This document shows, piece by piece, positions 27,966 to 38,374 of a DNA stretch of 64,000 nucleotides. Each line of letters opens with the position of its first letter. Position 1 is the first letter of the stretch. The DNA is from an uncultured Maricaulis sp. (lineage in GTDB: Bacteria; Pseudomonadota; Alphaproteobacteria; Caulobacterales; Maricaulaceae): the NCBI GenBank assembly GCA_965242785.1, contig CBDETA010000001.1, positions 79,444 to 143,443 of the forward strand, given 5' to 3'. The notes beneath the pieces are model-generated. The model was not told where the DNA came from. It saw only the letters and a list, made by a program, of their open reading frames with translations, and searched no databases. The position numbers were made by a program, and so were the translations under genes.

Positions 27966-28469
27966 GTGAACACCATTCACCCCATGGTCAAACCGGTCGC
28001 ACCCGATACCGAATTCACGATCCGCGAGCTCGCGCATGAGTTCGATGTGACCCCGCGCACCCTGCGCTTCTACGAGCAAAAAGGCATGATCACGCCGCTG
28101 CGCCGTGGCGCGGCGCGGATCTATTCCGCCGCCGACCGGGCCCGGATCGAACTGATCCTGCGCGGCAAGCGCGTCGGCTTTGCGCTCGACGAGATCAAGG
28201 AAATCCTCGATCTGGAAGCGATCGATCGCGGCGGCCGCGAACGGCTGGAACCGGCCATCCAGCGCTTCACCAACCGCATCGCCGTGCTGGAACAGCAGCG
28301 CGAGGATGTCGAGCGTGCCATTGCCGAGCTCCAGGCCGGCCTCGACTGGATGCGCGAGCGGCTGGAAAATCGTACCCCGCCCGAAGATGTCCGCCGGCGG
28401 GCCCGTGCCTTCGAGGCGCTGGCCCAGGCCCGGCTTGATCCCTGGACCGGTGCCTCGAGCGCCGGCTGA
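27966..28469 (+). CDS. MerR family regulator (LiuR-like)
   Basis: FTIRELAHEFDVTPRTLRFYE...GKRVGFALDEIKE; heads an acyl-CoA operon. Confidence 0.9.
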   Translation: MNTIHPMVKPVAPDTEFTIRELAHEFDVTPRTLRFYEQKGMITPLRRGAARIYSAADRARIELILRGKRVGFALDEIKEILDLEAIDRGGRERLEPAIQRFTNRIAVLEQQREDVERAIAELQAGLDWMRERLENRTPPEDVRRRARAFEALAQARLDPWTGASSAG

Positions 28470-28516
28470 ACCCGACCCGATACCCAACCGACACCGCCTA
28501 CTCCGGAGACCCGCCC

Positions 28517-30307
28517 ATGACTGCCGCCTATCGCGCCCCGGTCCGTGACCAGCGTTTCATCCTGCACGATGTCCTCAACGTCACCCAGTACGGCCACCTG
28601 CCGGGCTTTGCCGACGCCGACAAGGACACCATCGACGCCATCCTGGAAGAGGGGGCCAAGTTCACCGAGGGCGTGCTGGCCCCGTTGTCCAAGGTTGGCG
28701 ATGTGGAAGGCTGCACACGGGACGAGGACGGCAATGTGAAGACCCCGACGGGGTTCAAGGAAGCCTTTCACCAGATGTCCGAGGCCGGCTGGACGGCGCT
28801 CTCCTCCGATCCCGCCTATGGCGGTCAGGGCCTGCCGCATGTCCTCAACCTCGCCTTCAATGAGATGGTTTCTTCGGCCAACATGGCCTTCGGCATGTAT
28901 CCGGGCCTGACCCTGGGCGCGGCCGCAGCGCTGCACACGGGCGGTTCGGACGCGCAGAAAGAACTCTATCTGCCCAAGATGATCTCCTGCCAGTGGGGCG
29001 GGACGATGAACCTGACCGAGCCGCATTGCGGCACCGATCTGGGCATGTTGCGCACCAAGGCCGTGCCGCAGGCGGACGGCTCCTACAAGATCACCGGCCA
29101 GAAGATCTGGATCTCGTCGGGCGAACACGACATGGCCGAAAACATCGTCCACCTCGTCCTGGCCCGTATCGAGGGTGCGCCGGAAGGCGTGAAGGGCATC
29201 TCGCTCTTCGTGGTGCCGAAATTCATCCCCGATGCCGACGGCAATCCGGGGACGCGCAACTCGCTGAAGTGCGGCGGCCTGGAACACAAGATGGGCATTC
29301 ACGGCAATGCCACCTGCGTCATGGACTATGACGAGGCGACCGGCTGGCTTGTGGGCGAGGAGAACAAGGGCCTGAAAATCATGTTCATCATGATGAATGA
29401 GGCCCGCCTGGGCGTCGGCCTGCAGGGCTATGCCCTGGCCGAGGCTGCCTACCAGCAATCCCTCGCTTTCGCGAAGGACCGCCTGCAGGGCCGTTCGCTC
29501 ACCGGTCCTAAGAACCAGGACGGCCCGGCCGATCCGATCATCGTGCACCCGGATGTCCGGCGCATGCTGATGGACCAGAAATCCTTCGTCGAAGCCGCCC
29601 GCTGTTTCGCGCTCTGGACCGCCCTGCACGGCGATCTGGAAGAGAAGTCCGACGATCCGGCCCAGCGCGAGAAGGGCGGCGACTACATGGCGCTCCTGAC
29701 CCCGGTCGTGAAGGGCTACCTCACGGGCAAGGGCTATGAGATGGTCTCCAACGGCCTGCAGATCCATGGCGGTTCCGGCTTCACCGAGGAGTGGGGCGCG
29801 TCCCAGCTCCTGCGCGATGCCCGCATCACCCTGATCTATGAAGGCACCAACGGTATCCAGGCGCTGGACCTGGTGGGCCGCAAGCTGGCGATGAACGGCA
29901 TGCGCCCGATCACCACCTTCATGGCCGAGCTGGACGCCTTCATCGCCGAGGGCGGCAATGACGAGACCCAGCCTTTCGTCAACGCCGTCGCCGAGACCAA
30001 GGGCAAGCTGAAACAGGCCACCGACTGGTTGATGAACAACGCGCTGAACAATTTCGACCATGCCGGCGCGGGCAGTCATGACTATCTCTACCTCTTCGGC
30101 CTCACCTCGCTGACCTACATGTGGGCCAAGATGGCCAAGGTCGCCTCGGCCAAGATCGCCGCCGGCGAGACCGATCCGATCTATGCCGCCAAGCTGAAGA
30201 CCGGCCGCTACTTCCTCGACCGCTGGGTCCCGGAAGCCGCCATGCACCTGGCCAAGGTGGAAGCCGGCGCCGACTCGATGATGGCGCTGGAAGAAGAGGC
30301 TTTCTAA
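28517..30307 (+). CDS. Acyl-CoA dehydrogenase (long, FadE5/AidB-like with C-terminal domain)
   Basis: GTMNLTEPHCGTDLG, EHKMGIHGNATC and IYEGTNGIQALDL motifs. Confidence 0.93.
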   Translation: MTAAYRAPVRDQRFILHDVLNVTQYGHLPGFADADKDTIDAILEEGAKFTEGVLAPLSKVGDVEGCTRDEDGNVKTPTGFKEAFHQMSEAGWTALSSDPAYGGQGLPHVLNLAFNEMVSSANMAFGMYPGLTLGAAAALHTGGSDAQKELYLPKMISCQWGGTMNLTEPHCGTDLGMLRTKAVPQADGSYKITGQKIWISSGEHDMAENIVHLVLARIEGAPEGVKGISLFVVPKFIPDADGNPGTRNSLKCGGLEHKMGIHGNATCVMDYDEATGWLVGEENKGLKIMFIMMNEARLGVGLQGYALAEAAYQQSLAFAKDRLQGRSLTGPKNQDGPADPIIVHPDVRRMLMDQKSFVEAARCFALWTALHGDLEEKSDDPAQREKGGDYMALLTPVVKGYLTGKGYEMVSNGLQIHGGSGFTEEWGASQLLRDARITLIYEGTNGIQALDLVGRKLAMNGMRPITTFMAELDAFIAEGGNDETQPFVNAVAETKGKLKQATDWLMNNALNNFDHAGAGSHDYLYLFGLTSLTYMWAKMAKVASAKIAAGETDPIYAAKLKTGRYFLDRWVPEAAMHLAKVEAGADSMMALEEEAF

Positions 30308-30357
30308 AGGGGCAAGTGTGGGGTGCGCGATTTAGAACCGAAAGCGACCCCACGCAC

Positions 30358-30518
30358 CATCCTCGCCCTTGATGGGCGAGGGGGACCGCGAAGCGGTGGA
30401 GTGGGTGGGGGCGAGGTGTTTCCCGGGAGGGGCACCGGGATTCGCAGCGCTTCGCGCTTTCACCCCTTCCGACCCGAAGCTCCGCTTCGGCCCACCTTCC
30501 CCGTCAAGGGGAAGGATG
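30358..30518. repeat. Palindromic REP/MITE-like element, family A copy 1
   Basis: Hairpin terminal inverted repeats CATCCT(CG/TC)CCCTTGA(T/C)GGG; 39-nt core (30433-30471) is the exact reverse complement of 49019-49057. Confidence 0.8.
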
Positions 30519-30601
30519 ACGATCTGGTCCTGCCGCGGACGTTCAAAAGTTCGGCGCGGCAGGACAGGCCAACGACCTGAACCACCCTGGGGAGGAATTG
30601 C

Positions 30602-31768
30602 ATGTTTCAGGACCCGCTCAACGTACCGCGACCGGCCTTTCTCGAGCGCGATGATGTGCGCATGTTCGAAGACACGGTGCGCGCCTTCATGGCCAAGGAA
30701 TGCGTGCCCAATGCCGAACGCTGGGAAGAGGCCGGCATGGTCGATCGCGACCTCTGGTACAAGGCCGGCGAGGCGGGTCTCCTGGTGCCGTCCTGTCCGG
30801 AAGAGTACGGCGGGGCGGGCGGTGACTGGGGCCATGAATACGTCTTCCACACCGCCGGTGCCGAGATCGGCGCAGCGGGCTGGGGCGTCGGCCTGCACAA
30901 CTCCATCATCGCCCCCTATGTGATCGCCTACGGCTCCGAAGAGCAGAAGAAGGCGATCCTGCCGAAAATGCTCTCGGGCGAATATGTCGGCGCCATCGCC
31001 ATGAGCGAGCCGGGCACGGGCTCCGACCTGCAGAGCGTCAAGACCACGGCCATCAAGGATGGCAATGGCTATCGCATCAACGGCCAGAAGACCTTCATCA
31101 CCAATGGCGGCACGGCGAATTTCATCATCGTCGTCGCCAAGACCGACCCCAGCAAGGGGTTTGACGGCGTCTCCCTCTTCCTGGTCGAGACCGACAAGGT
31201 GGAGGGCTTCAAGCGCGGCCGCCTCCTCGACAAGGTCGGCATGAAGGCCCAGGACACCGCCGAGCTCTTCTTCGAGGATGTCTGGGTGCCCGCCGACGCG
31301 CTGCTGGGCATGGAAGAGGGCCAGGGCTTCATCCAGCTGATGCAGCAATTGCCGCAGGAACGCCTGCAGATCGCCGTCCAGGGCGTCGGCGCCATGAAGC
31401 GCGCCCTGTTCGAGACCATCAACTACGTCAAGGAGCGCGAGGCCTTCGGCCGGCCGATCCTGAAATTCCAGAACACCCAGTTCAAGCTCGCCGAGTGCAA
31501 GACCAAGGCGACGATGGCCGAGGTCTTCGTCCACCATTGCTCGGAACGCCTGATGAAGGGCGAACTGGATGCCGCCACCGCCTCGATGGCCAAATACTGG
31601 GTCTCCGAAGCCCAGGGCGAGGTCATTGACGAGTGCGTGCAGCTGCACGGCGGATATGGTTTCATGCGCGAATACCCGATCGCCAAAATGTGGACCGACA
31701 GCCGCGTCCAGCGCATCTACGGAGGCACGAACGAGATCATGAAACTCCTGATCGCGAGGACGCTTTAG
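30602..31768 (+). CDS. Acyl-CoA dehydrogenase (LCAD-like)
   Basis: AIAMSEPGTGSDL, GQKTFITNG, QLHGGYG and RIYGGTNEIMK motifs. Confidence 0.95.
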   Translation: MFQDPLNVPRPAFLERDDVRMFEDTVRAFMAKECVPNAERWEEAGMVDRDLWYKAGEAGLLVPSCPEEYGGAGGDWGHEYVFHTAGAEIGAAGWGVGLHNSIIAPYVIAYGSEEQKKAILPKMLSGEYVGAIAMSEPGTGSDLQSVKTTAIKDGNGYRINGQKTFITNGGTANFIIVVAKTDPSKGFDGVSLFLVETDKVEGFKRGRLLDKVGMKAQDTAELFFEDVWVPADALLGMEEGQGFIQLMQQLPQERLQIAVQGVGAMKRALFETINYVKEREAFGRPILKFQNTQFKLAECKTKATMAEVFVHHCSERLMKGELDAATASMAKYWVSEAQGEVIDECVQLHGGYGFMREYPIAKMWTDSRVQRIYGGTNEIMKLLIARTL

Positions 31769-31770
31769 GG

Positions 31771-32139
31771 ATGAGTGACGCGGGCGAAGATGCAGGGCGG
31801 TCGAAGATGACAGGCCCATTGATCGGCTTCTGCACGGTCGGAGCGATCATCTTTGCCCAAACGTTGGGAGAGCTCGCTGGCGCTGCATTTCTTCCCGAGC
31901 AGTTGGCTGAGTACGGACCGCTGCTCGTCGCCAGCCTGTTGGTATGTACCGCCGGTTACGCACTCGGCTGGAGCCCTTGGACGCTCATCACGGCCGTCGC
32001 AATCGCGATGACCAACTGGCGGCTGCATGCCCGTGACGGTGACGTGTCTGAATGGGCCTTGCAGAGTGTCATTATGTTAGGCGCTTTTGGATTGGGCTTG
32101 GTCCTGGCCAAGGCGCTGCCCGCATGGAGGTCAATTTGA
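31771..32139 (+). CDS. Hypothetical membrane protein (operon cassette)
   Basis: Multi-TM ORF with lower GC3; TGATG-coupled to the next gene. Confidence 0.6.
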   Translation: MSDAGEDAGRSKMTGPLIGFCTVGAIIFAQTLGELAGAAFLPEQLAEYGPLLVASLLVCTAGYALGWSPWTLITAVAIAMTNWRLHARDGDVSEWALQSVIMLGAFGLGLVLAKALPAWRSI

Positions 32140-32498
32140 TGCTTACGCTTTTCGCCTCAACCCTCCTCCTCACCACCCAATGCATCGGCTATGGCGCCGA
32201 CGGCACGCTGGAAGAGCAGTTCGACCAGTGCCTTGCCGGCGAATGGGGCGAGGAAGACTGCACCTCCGGCCGCGCGATCCGGTCCGCCGGCTTCACCGAT
32301 GCCGAGGGCGAGGCCTGCACCATCGACTATCTCATCCGCGACCCGCACACCGGCGGTTTCCGCCTGACCACGGTGTGCGGCGAGACGCGCGAAACCGCCG
32401 TCTGGATCGTCGAGGACGGGCAGCTGAAGATCGGTGACAGTGTCGCCGGCTATCCCACGGCCGCCTGGCGCTGCCATGCGGAGGGCGCGCATGAGTGA
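32139..32498 (+). CDS. Secreted Cys-rich hypothetical protein
   Basis: Signal-like N-terminus; several Cys; coupled at both ends. Confidence 0.6.
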   Translation: MLTLFASTLLLTTQCIGYGADGTLEEQFDQCLAGEWGEEDCTSGRAIRSAGFTDAEGEACTIDYLIRDPHTGGFRLTTVCGETRETAVWIVEDGQLKIGDSVAGYPTAAWRCHAEGAHE

Positions 32499-32925
32499 GG
32501 CGTCCGCCTCCGTCCTCACCGGCACGCGTGCCGGCCTTGTCGCCGCTCTCGCCGGCGGGGCCGGGCTCTATTTTGCCGGCCGCTTGTCGGCAACGGTCTG
32601 GGTTGGCGTGTCGGCGGCGCTCACCAGCCAGCCGCTCTGGCTGCCCGCGGTCTTTCCCGCCGCCCTGACCACCGTGTTTGCCGTGCTGATCGGCCTCTTG
32701 CTGGGCCATCGCCCCTACATCCTCGCCGCACTCGCCGGCGCCTGGGTGTTCAGCCTGGGGCTCAACCTCCTGCCGATCGCGCTGTCAGCCCTCACCGGCC
32801 TGGGCCCGTCCGAAGCCATGCTTGGCGCCCGCCTGACCGCCAGCGCCACCACCGCCATCGGCCTCATCGCCCCTTCGCTGGGCCTGCTGGCCACCCTGTT
32901 TTTCGTCCGCGGAGACCGCGCCTGA
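32491..32925 (+). CDS. Hypothetical 4-TM membrane protein
   Basis: Hydrophobic ORF; ATGAGTGA overlap with the upstream gene. Confidence 0.6.
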   Translation: MSEASASVLTGTRAGLVAALAGGAGLYFAGRLSATVWVGVSAALTSQPLWLPAVFPAALTTVFAVLIGLLLGHRPYILAALAGAWVFSLGLNLLPIALSALTGLGPSEAMLGARLTASATTAIGLIAPSLGLLATLFFVRGDRA

Positions 32926-33533
32926 TGTACACCCCGCCCGCCTACCGCATGGAAGACCAGTCGGAGATGCGCTCGCTGATGCGCACCTATGACTTTGCCT
33001 TGCTTCTGGTGCCGGGCATGCCGGACCTGGCGGCGACGCACATCCCGCTGAAACTGGCGGATGAGCGCCTGGTGCTGATCGGCCATGTCGCCCAGGCCAA
33101 TCCGATGGCCGAGGCGATCCGCGCCGGCAAGGAGGCCATCGCCATCTTCTCCGGCCCGCACGCCTATGTCTCGCCGACCTGGTATTCCGATCCCACCATC
33201 CATGTGCCGACCTGGAATTATGTCGCCGTGCACGCCTTCGGCCCGCTGGTGCCGCTGGAAGGCGAGGAGGCCGAGCGCGCCCTGTCCTCGCAGATCGCCG
33301 ATTTCGAGGCCGAATGGCGCATCACCGACATCGAGCTGAAGCGCCGGGTCAAGCTGGAAGCCGCCATCCAGTGTTTCGAGATGGAAATCCAGCGCCTGGA
33401 GGGCAAGGCCAAGCTGTCGCAGAACCATTCCGTCGAGGAACGCCTGCGCATCGCCCACGCCCTCAACGAACGCGGCGAACACGCCGTCGCCTTCCACATG
33501 GTCGAAGACCAGGAGGACGAGACGGATGAGTGA
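32925..33533 (+). CDS. FMN-binding negative transcriptional regulator (PaiB family)
   Basis: MYTPPAY, ATHIP, GPHAYVSPTWY, VPTWNY and KAKLSQN motifs. Confidence 0.9.
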   Translation: MYTPPAYRMEDQSEMRSLMRTYDFALLLVPGMPDLAATHIPLKLADERLVLIGHVAQANPMAEAIRAGKEAIAIFSGPHAYVSPTWYSDPTIHVPTWNYVAVHAFGPLVPLEGEEAERALSSQIADFEAEWRITDIELKRRVKLEAAIQCFEMEIQRLEGKAKLSQNHSVEERLRIAHALNERGEHAVAFHMVEDQEDETDE

Positions 33534-34100
33534 GCTTGTCTATCCGGAAGCCTCGGATTTCTGCCCCCGCTTGCGGGGGAAGTGGTTGAGCGTCAGCGAA
33601 ACCGAAGGGGGAAGTCGCAAGGCGCGCCAACGCTCGATCAGGCTGCGCCAGTCGATGACCGATGCCGAACGCATCCTCTGGTCGCGGCTGCGCAAACGCC
33701 AGATGCTGGACCAGCATTTCCGCCGCCAGCATCCGATCGGACCGTTCATCGCTGACTTTGCCTGCGTGAAGCTCAAACTGGTTGTCGAGGTGGATGGCGA
33801 TACGCACGGCACCGACGCCCAGCTGGCGTATGATGCCCGGCGGACCCGCTTCATGGAAACGCGCGGCTGGACGGTGGTCCGCTGCTACAATGTCGACGTC
33901 TATCGCAATCTCGATGGCGTTCTCACCCAGATCGGGGATGCGGTGCACGATCTGTGTCAGCGCTCAATGACTGACACGCCGCTGCGCGGCGCCCCCTTCG
34001 ACCCTTCTTTGCCCGGGCAAAGAAGGGCCACTTCCCCCGCAAGCGGGGGCAGAAAGTCGATAAAGGAAACCAAACCCGCCAAAGGGGAAAGGAAGCCACA

Positions 34101-34104
<4 letters not shown>
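33526..34104 (+). CDS. DUF559 (Vsr-like PD-(D/E)xK) endonuclease domain protein
   Basis: [37 protein letters not shown] and [17 protein letters not shown] motifs. Confidence 0.88.
33558..34055. mobile_element. Putative DUF559-carrying palindromic element bounded by perfect 28-bp terminal inverted repeats
   Basis: TTTCTGCCCCCGCTTGCGGGGGAAGTGG (33558-33585) and its exact reverse complement (34028-34055); no target-site duplication seen. Confidence 0.6.
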
Positions 34105-35306
<1,202 letters not shown>

Positions 35307-35311
35307 GTCCG

Positions 35312-35569
35312 ATGAGCGACGATCTCCAGAAAAAGAAAGACGACACCGCCAACATCCTCGTCCTGGGCATGCCGCTGGGGCTCCCGCTGGGCGTGGCGGT
35401 CGGAATCTCTCTGGGCCTCGCGTTGGACAGCATCGCCGTGGGCCTCGCGATGGGGATCGGTATTGGAATGTCCTTTTCGGTCGCCATCGGCGCTGCCCGG
35501 CTGGCCGAGATCAAGAAGAAACAGGACGCCGCCGCAGACGGCGATGCGTCCGACGAGGAGAAATCCTGA
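35312..35569 (+). CDS. Small glycine-zipper membrane protein (cassette A)
   Basis: GxxxG-rich TM segments; C-terminus DAAADGDASDEEKS shared with cassette B. Confidence 0.65.
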   Translation: MSDDLQKKKDDTANILVLGMPLGLPLGVAVGISLGLALDSIAVGLAMGIGIGMSFSVAIGAARLAEIKKKQDAAADGDASDEEKS

Positions 35570-35706
35570 TGTCCCTGAAAAACTTCACACTCGAAATCGA
35601 CACTGACGGCATTGCCCTGGTCACCTTTGACAGCCCGGGCAAGTCGATGAATGTCATCTCCGCTGGTGGCAGCATGAGCCACGCTACGCTCATCGAGCGG
35701 GTGTAG
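35569..35706 (+). pseudogene. Chimeric 45-aa mini-ORF: FadJ N-terminus fused to a diverged thiolase C-terminus
   Basis: [32 protein letters not shown] + GGSMSHATLIERV*, versus thiolase tail [13 protein letters not shown]. Confidence 0.8.
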
Positions 35707-35708
35707 GC

Positions 35709-35951
35709 ATGTCGTTCGACGTCGACGTTCAGGGCAATATGACCAAGAACTTCGCGATGATCGTCGCGACCCTCTTGGGAGCGCTGATCGGCGGGATCGC
35801 CGGGTCATTTTTCGGTTCTGCCAGGACCGGTGCCGCGGTCGGCGTCGGTATCGCGATTACGATCTCCCTGATCGTCCTGCTTCCACTGAAATTCGAATCC
35901 ACCACGGACGCCGCCGCAGACGGCGATGCGTCTGACGAGGAGAAATCCTGA
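35709..35951 (+). CDS. Small glycine-zipper membrane protein (cassette B)
   Basis: Two GxxxG TM segments; same C-terminal 14 aa as cassette A. Confidence 0.6.
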   Translation: MSFDVDVQGNMTKNFAMIVATLLGALIGGIAGSFFGSARTGAAVGVGIAITISLIVLLPLKFESTTDAAADGDASDEEKS

Positions 35952-38167
35952 TGTCCTTGAAAAACTTCACACTCGAAATCGACAATGACGGCATTGCCCT
36001 GGTCACCTTCGACAGCCCGGGCAAGTCGATGAATGTCATCTCCGCCGAGGTCATGGACGACTTCGACGCGCTGACGAAGACCATCATTGAAGATGACGCC
36101 ATCAAGGGTGTCGTCATCACCTCCGGCAAGGACGCCTTCTGCGCCGGAGCTGACCTGTCCGAACTGGGCGGGTCCTCGGCCGAGCTGGCCAAGCTGCCGG
36201 AAGACGAGATGAAGGCGAAGCTGTTCGAGCAATGCTTCCGTCTCAACAAAACCTTCCGCGCCCTGGAAACCTGCGGCAAGCCGATTGCCGCCGCGGTCAA
36301 CGGTCTCGCCCTGGGCGGCGGGTTCGAGATTGCGCTGGCCTGTCACTACCGCGTCATGCCGTCGGACAATCCCAAGGCCAAGCTGGGCCTGCCGGAAGCC
36401 ATGGTCGGCGTGCTGCCCGGCGGTGGCGGCACCCAGCGCCTGCCGCGCCTCGTGGGTGTCATGAATGCTGCGCCGGTCCTGCTCCAGGGCCAGCAGCTGG
36501 ACGCCGCCACGGCCCTGGCCCAGGGCATTGTCGATGCCACGGCGCCGCTGGCCGAACTGGTCGATCATGCCAAGGAACTGGTGCGCAATGATCCCAAGGG
36601 GGCGAAACAGCCCTGGGATGGCGACAAGTTCAAATTCCCGGGCGGTGGTCCCTACCACCCCGCCGGCGCCCAGATGTTCGGGGCCGCATCGCCGATGCTG
36701 CGCAAGAACACCTATGGCAATTATCCGGCCCAGCGCTACATCCTGTCCTGCGTCTATGAAGGCAGCCAGGTTTCCATGGACCAGGCGATCCGCATCGAGA
36801 GCCGGTATTTCACCAAGCTTCTTCTGCGTCCGGAAAGCCGCAACATGATCCGCTCGATCTTCCTGTCCAAGCAGGACCTGGACAAGGGCGGCCGCCGGCC
36901 GGCCAGTCAGTCCAAGGCGGACGTGAAGAAGATCGCCATCATCGGCGCCGGCTTCATGGGGGCGGGCATTGCCACGGTTTCCGCCCAGGCGGGCATCGAG
37001 ATCGTGCTGATCGACGCCACCCAGGAAGGCGCCGAGAAGGGCAAGACGCATTGCACCGATCACTTCGCCAAGGGCGTCGCCCGCGGCAAGCTGAGCCAGG
37101 AGAAGGCCGACGCGCTGGCCGGACTGATCACGCCGACCACCGACTACACCCTGATCAAGGATGTCGACCTGGTCGTCGAGGCCGTGTTCGAGAATTCCGA
37201 ACTCAAGGCCAAGATCACCAAGATGGCGGAAGAGCAGATCGGCGAGACCGCCGTCTTCGGCTCCAACACCTCCTCCATCCCGATCACCGACCTGGCCAAG
37301 GCTTCGGCCCGTCCGGAGAATTTCATCGGCATCCACTTCTTCTCGCCGGTCGAGAAGATGAACCTGGTCGAAATCATCATGGGCGGCAAGACGGGCGATT
37401 ACGCCCTCTCGCGCGCCATCGATTTCGTCACCAAGATCAAGAAGACGCCGATCGTCGTGGCCGACACGCGCGGCTTCTACGCCAATCGCTGCGTCATGCG
37501 CTATGTCGGTGAAGGCCTGAAAATGCTGGGCGAGGGCGTCAAGCCGGCCCTGATCGAGAATGGTGCCAAGATGGCCGGCATGCCGGTCGGCCCGCTCTCC
37601 CTGCAGGACGAGGTGGCGCTGGATCTGGGTGTGAAGCTGATCAAGCAGACCCAGTCCGATCTCGGCGACAATTACAAACCCTCCGGCACCGAGCCGATCC
37701 TGTTCAAGATGGTCGAGGAGTATGACCGTTGCGGCCGCAAGAACGGCAAGGGCTTCTATGACTACCCGTCCGAGAAGGGCCAGCCGAAACGCCTCTGGCC
37801 GGAGCTGGAACAGTTCGCGCCGGGCGGCAAATACCTGGCCGACCAGCCGGACGTCACCGAGGTGAAGGACCGCATCCTCTACGCCCAGGCGCTGGAAGCG
37901 GCGCGCTGCATGGAGGAGAAGATCGTCTCCGATCCGCGTGAGGCCGATGTCGGCTCGATCCTGGGCTGGGGTTTTGCGCCCTATACCGGCGGCACGCTCT
38001 CCTTCATCGACACGATCGGTGCCAAGCCCTTCGTGAAACGGGCCCAGGAGCTGGAGGCCCAGTATGGTGACCAGTTCACCGTGCCGGCACTGCTGATTGA
38101 AATGGCCGAGAAGGGTGAAACCTTCTATGGACGCTTCGGCGCCAAACAGCTGGAAGCCGCCGAATAG
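35951..38167 (+). CDS. fadJ: Fatty-acid oxidation complex alpha subunit (enoyl-CoA hydratase/3-hydroxyacyl-CoA dehydrogenase, FadB/FadJ-like)
   Basis: [34 protein letters not shown] and HFFSPVEKM motifs. Confidence 0.93.
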   Translation: MSLKNFTLEIDNDGIALVTFDSPGKSMNVISAEVMDDFDALTKTIIEDDAIKGVVITSGKDAFCAGADLSELGGSSAELAKLPEDEMKAKLFEQCFRLNKTFRALETCGKPIAAAVNGLALGGGFEIALACHYRVMPSDNPKAKLGLPEAMVGVLPGGGGTQRLPRLVGVMNAAPVLLQGQQLDAATALAQGIVDATAPLAELVDHAKELVRNDPKGAKQPWDGDKFKFPGGGPYHPAGAQMFGAASPMLRKNTYGNYPAQRYILSCVYEGSQVSMDQAIRIESRYFTKLLLRPESRNMIRSIFLSKQDLDKGGRRPASQSKADVKKIAIIGAGFMGAGIATVSAQAGIEIVLIDATQEGAEKGKTHCTDHFAKGVARGKLSQEKADALAGLITPTTDYTLIKDVDLVVEAVFENSELKAKITKMAEEQIGETAVFGSNTSSIPITDLAKASARPENFIGIHFFSPVEKMNLVEIIMGGKTGDYALSRAIDFVTKIKKTPIVVADTRGFYANRCVMRYVGEGLKMLGEGVKPALIENGAKMAGMPVGPLSLQDEVALDLGVKLIKQTQSDLGDNYKPSGTEPILFKMVEEYDRCGRKNGKGFYDYPSEKGQPKRLWPELEQFAPGGKYLADQPDVTEVKDRILYAQALEAARCMEEKIVSDPREADVGSILGWGFAPYTGGTLSFIDTIGAKPFVKRAQELEAQYGDQFTVPALLIEMAEKGETFYGRFGAKQLEAAE

Positions 38168-38192
38168 GCGCGCCCGCCAGGCTGAAGACAAG

Positions 38193-38225
38193 ACCGGCGC
38201 AGGGCCCCTGCGCCGGTTTTTCTTT
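38193..38225 (+). terminator. Intrinsic terminator of the beta-oxidation operon
   Basis: ACCGGCGCAGG-GC-CCTGCGCCGGT followed by TTTTTCTTT. Confidence 0.85.
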
Positions 38226-38249
38226 GCCCGAATCCCCGAATTTCCGGCC

Positions 38250-38299
38250 TGTGGAAAGTTTTCCCCACGCTGTCCACAGTTTCGCGAAACTTGTCCACC
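38250..38299. promoter_or_regulatory. Cluster of four DnaA-box-like 9-mers
   Basis: TGTGGAAAG, TTTTCCCCA, CTGTCCACA and TTGTCCACC (7-8/9 matches to TTWTNCACA); GANTC at 38230. Confidence 0.5.
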
Positions 38300-38339
38300 G
38301 GGAGCGGCGACTTCTCCACCAAACGGCAATTTCCGTGCG

Positions 38340-38368
38340 TTGCGGGGGCGGATGTCCGGTGTTCTAAT
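38340..38368 (+). promoter_or_regulatory. Sigma70-type promoter for the putative large ncRNA
   Basis: TTGCGG-N17-TCTAAT; predicted TSS about A38375. Confidence 0.55.
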
Positions 38369-38374
38369 TTCCTC

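Larger units (their letters stand above)
35524..36045 (+). repeat. 140-bp direct repeat (35524-35663 and 35906-36045)
   Basis: 4 mismatches in 140 nt by manual alignment; spans the cassette C-terminus and the fadJ 5' end. Confidence 0.9.

Noticed and set aside
38230-38300. Chromosomal origin (oriC)
   Set aside because: No hemE, dnaA or parAB neighbourhood, no AT-rich unwinding element, and no array of full CtrA boxes
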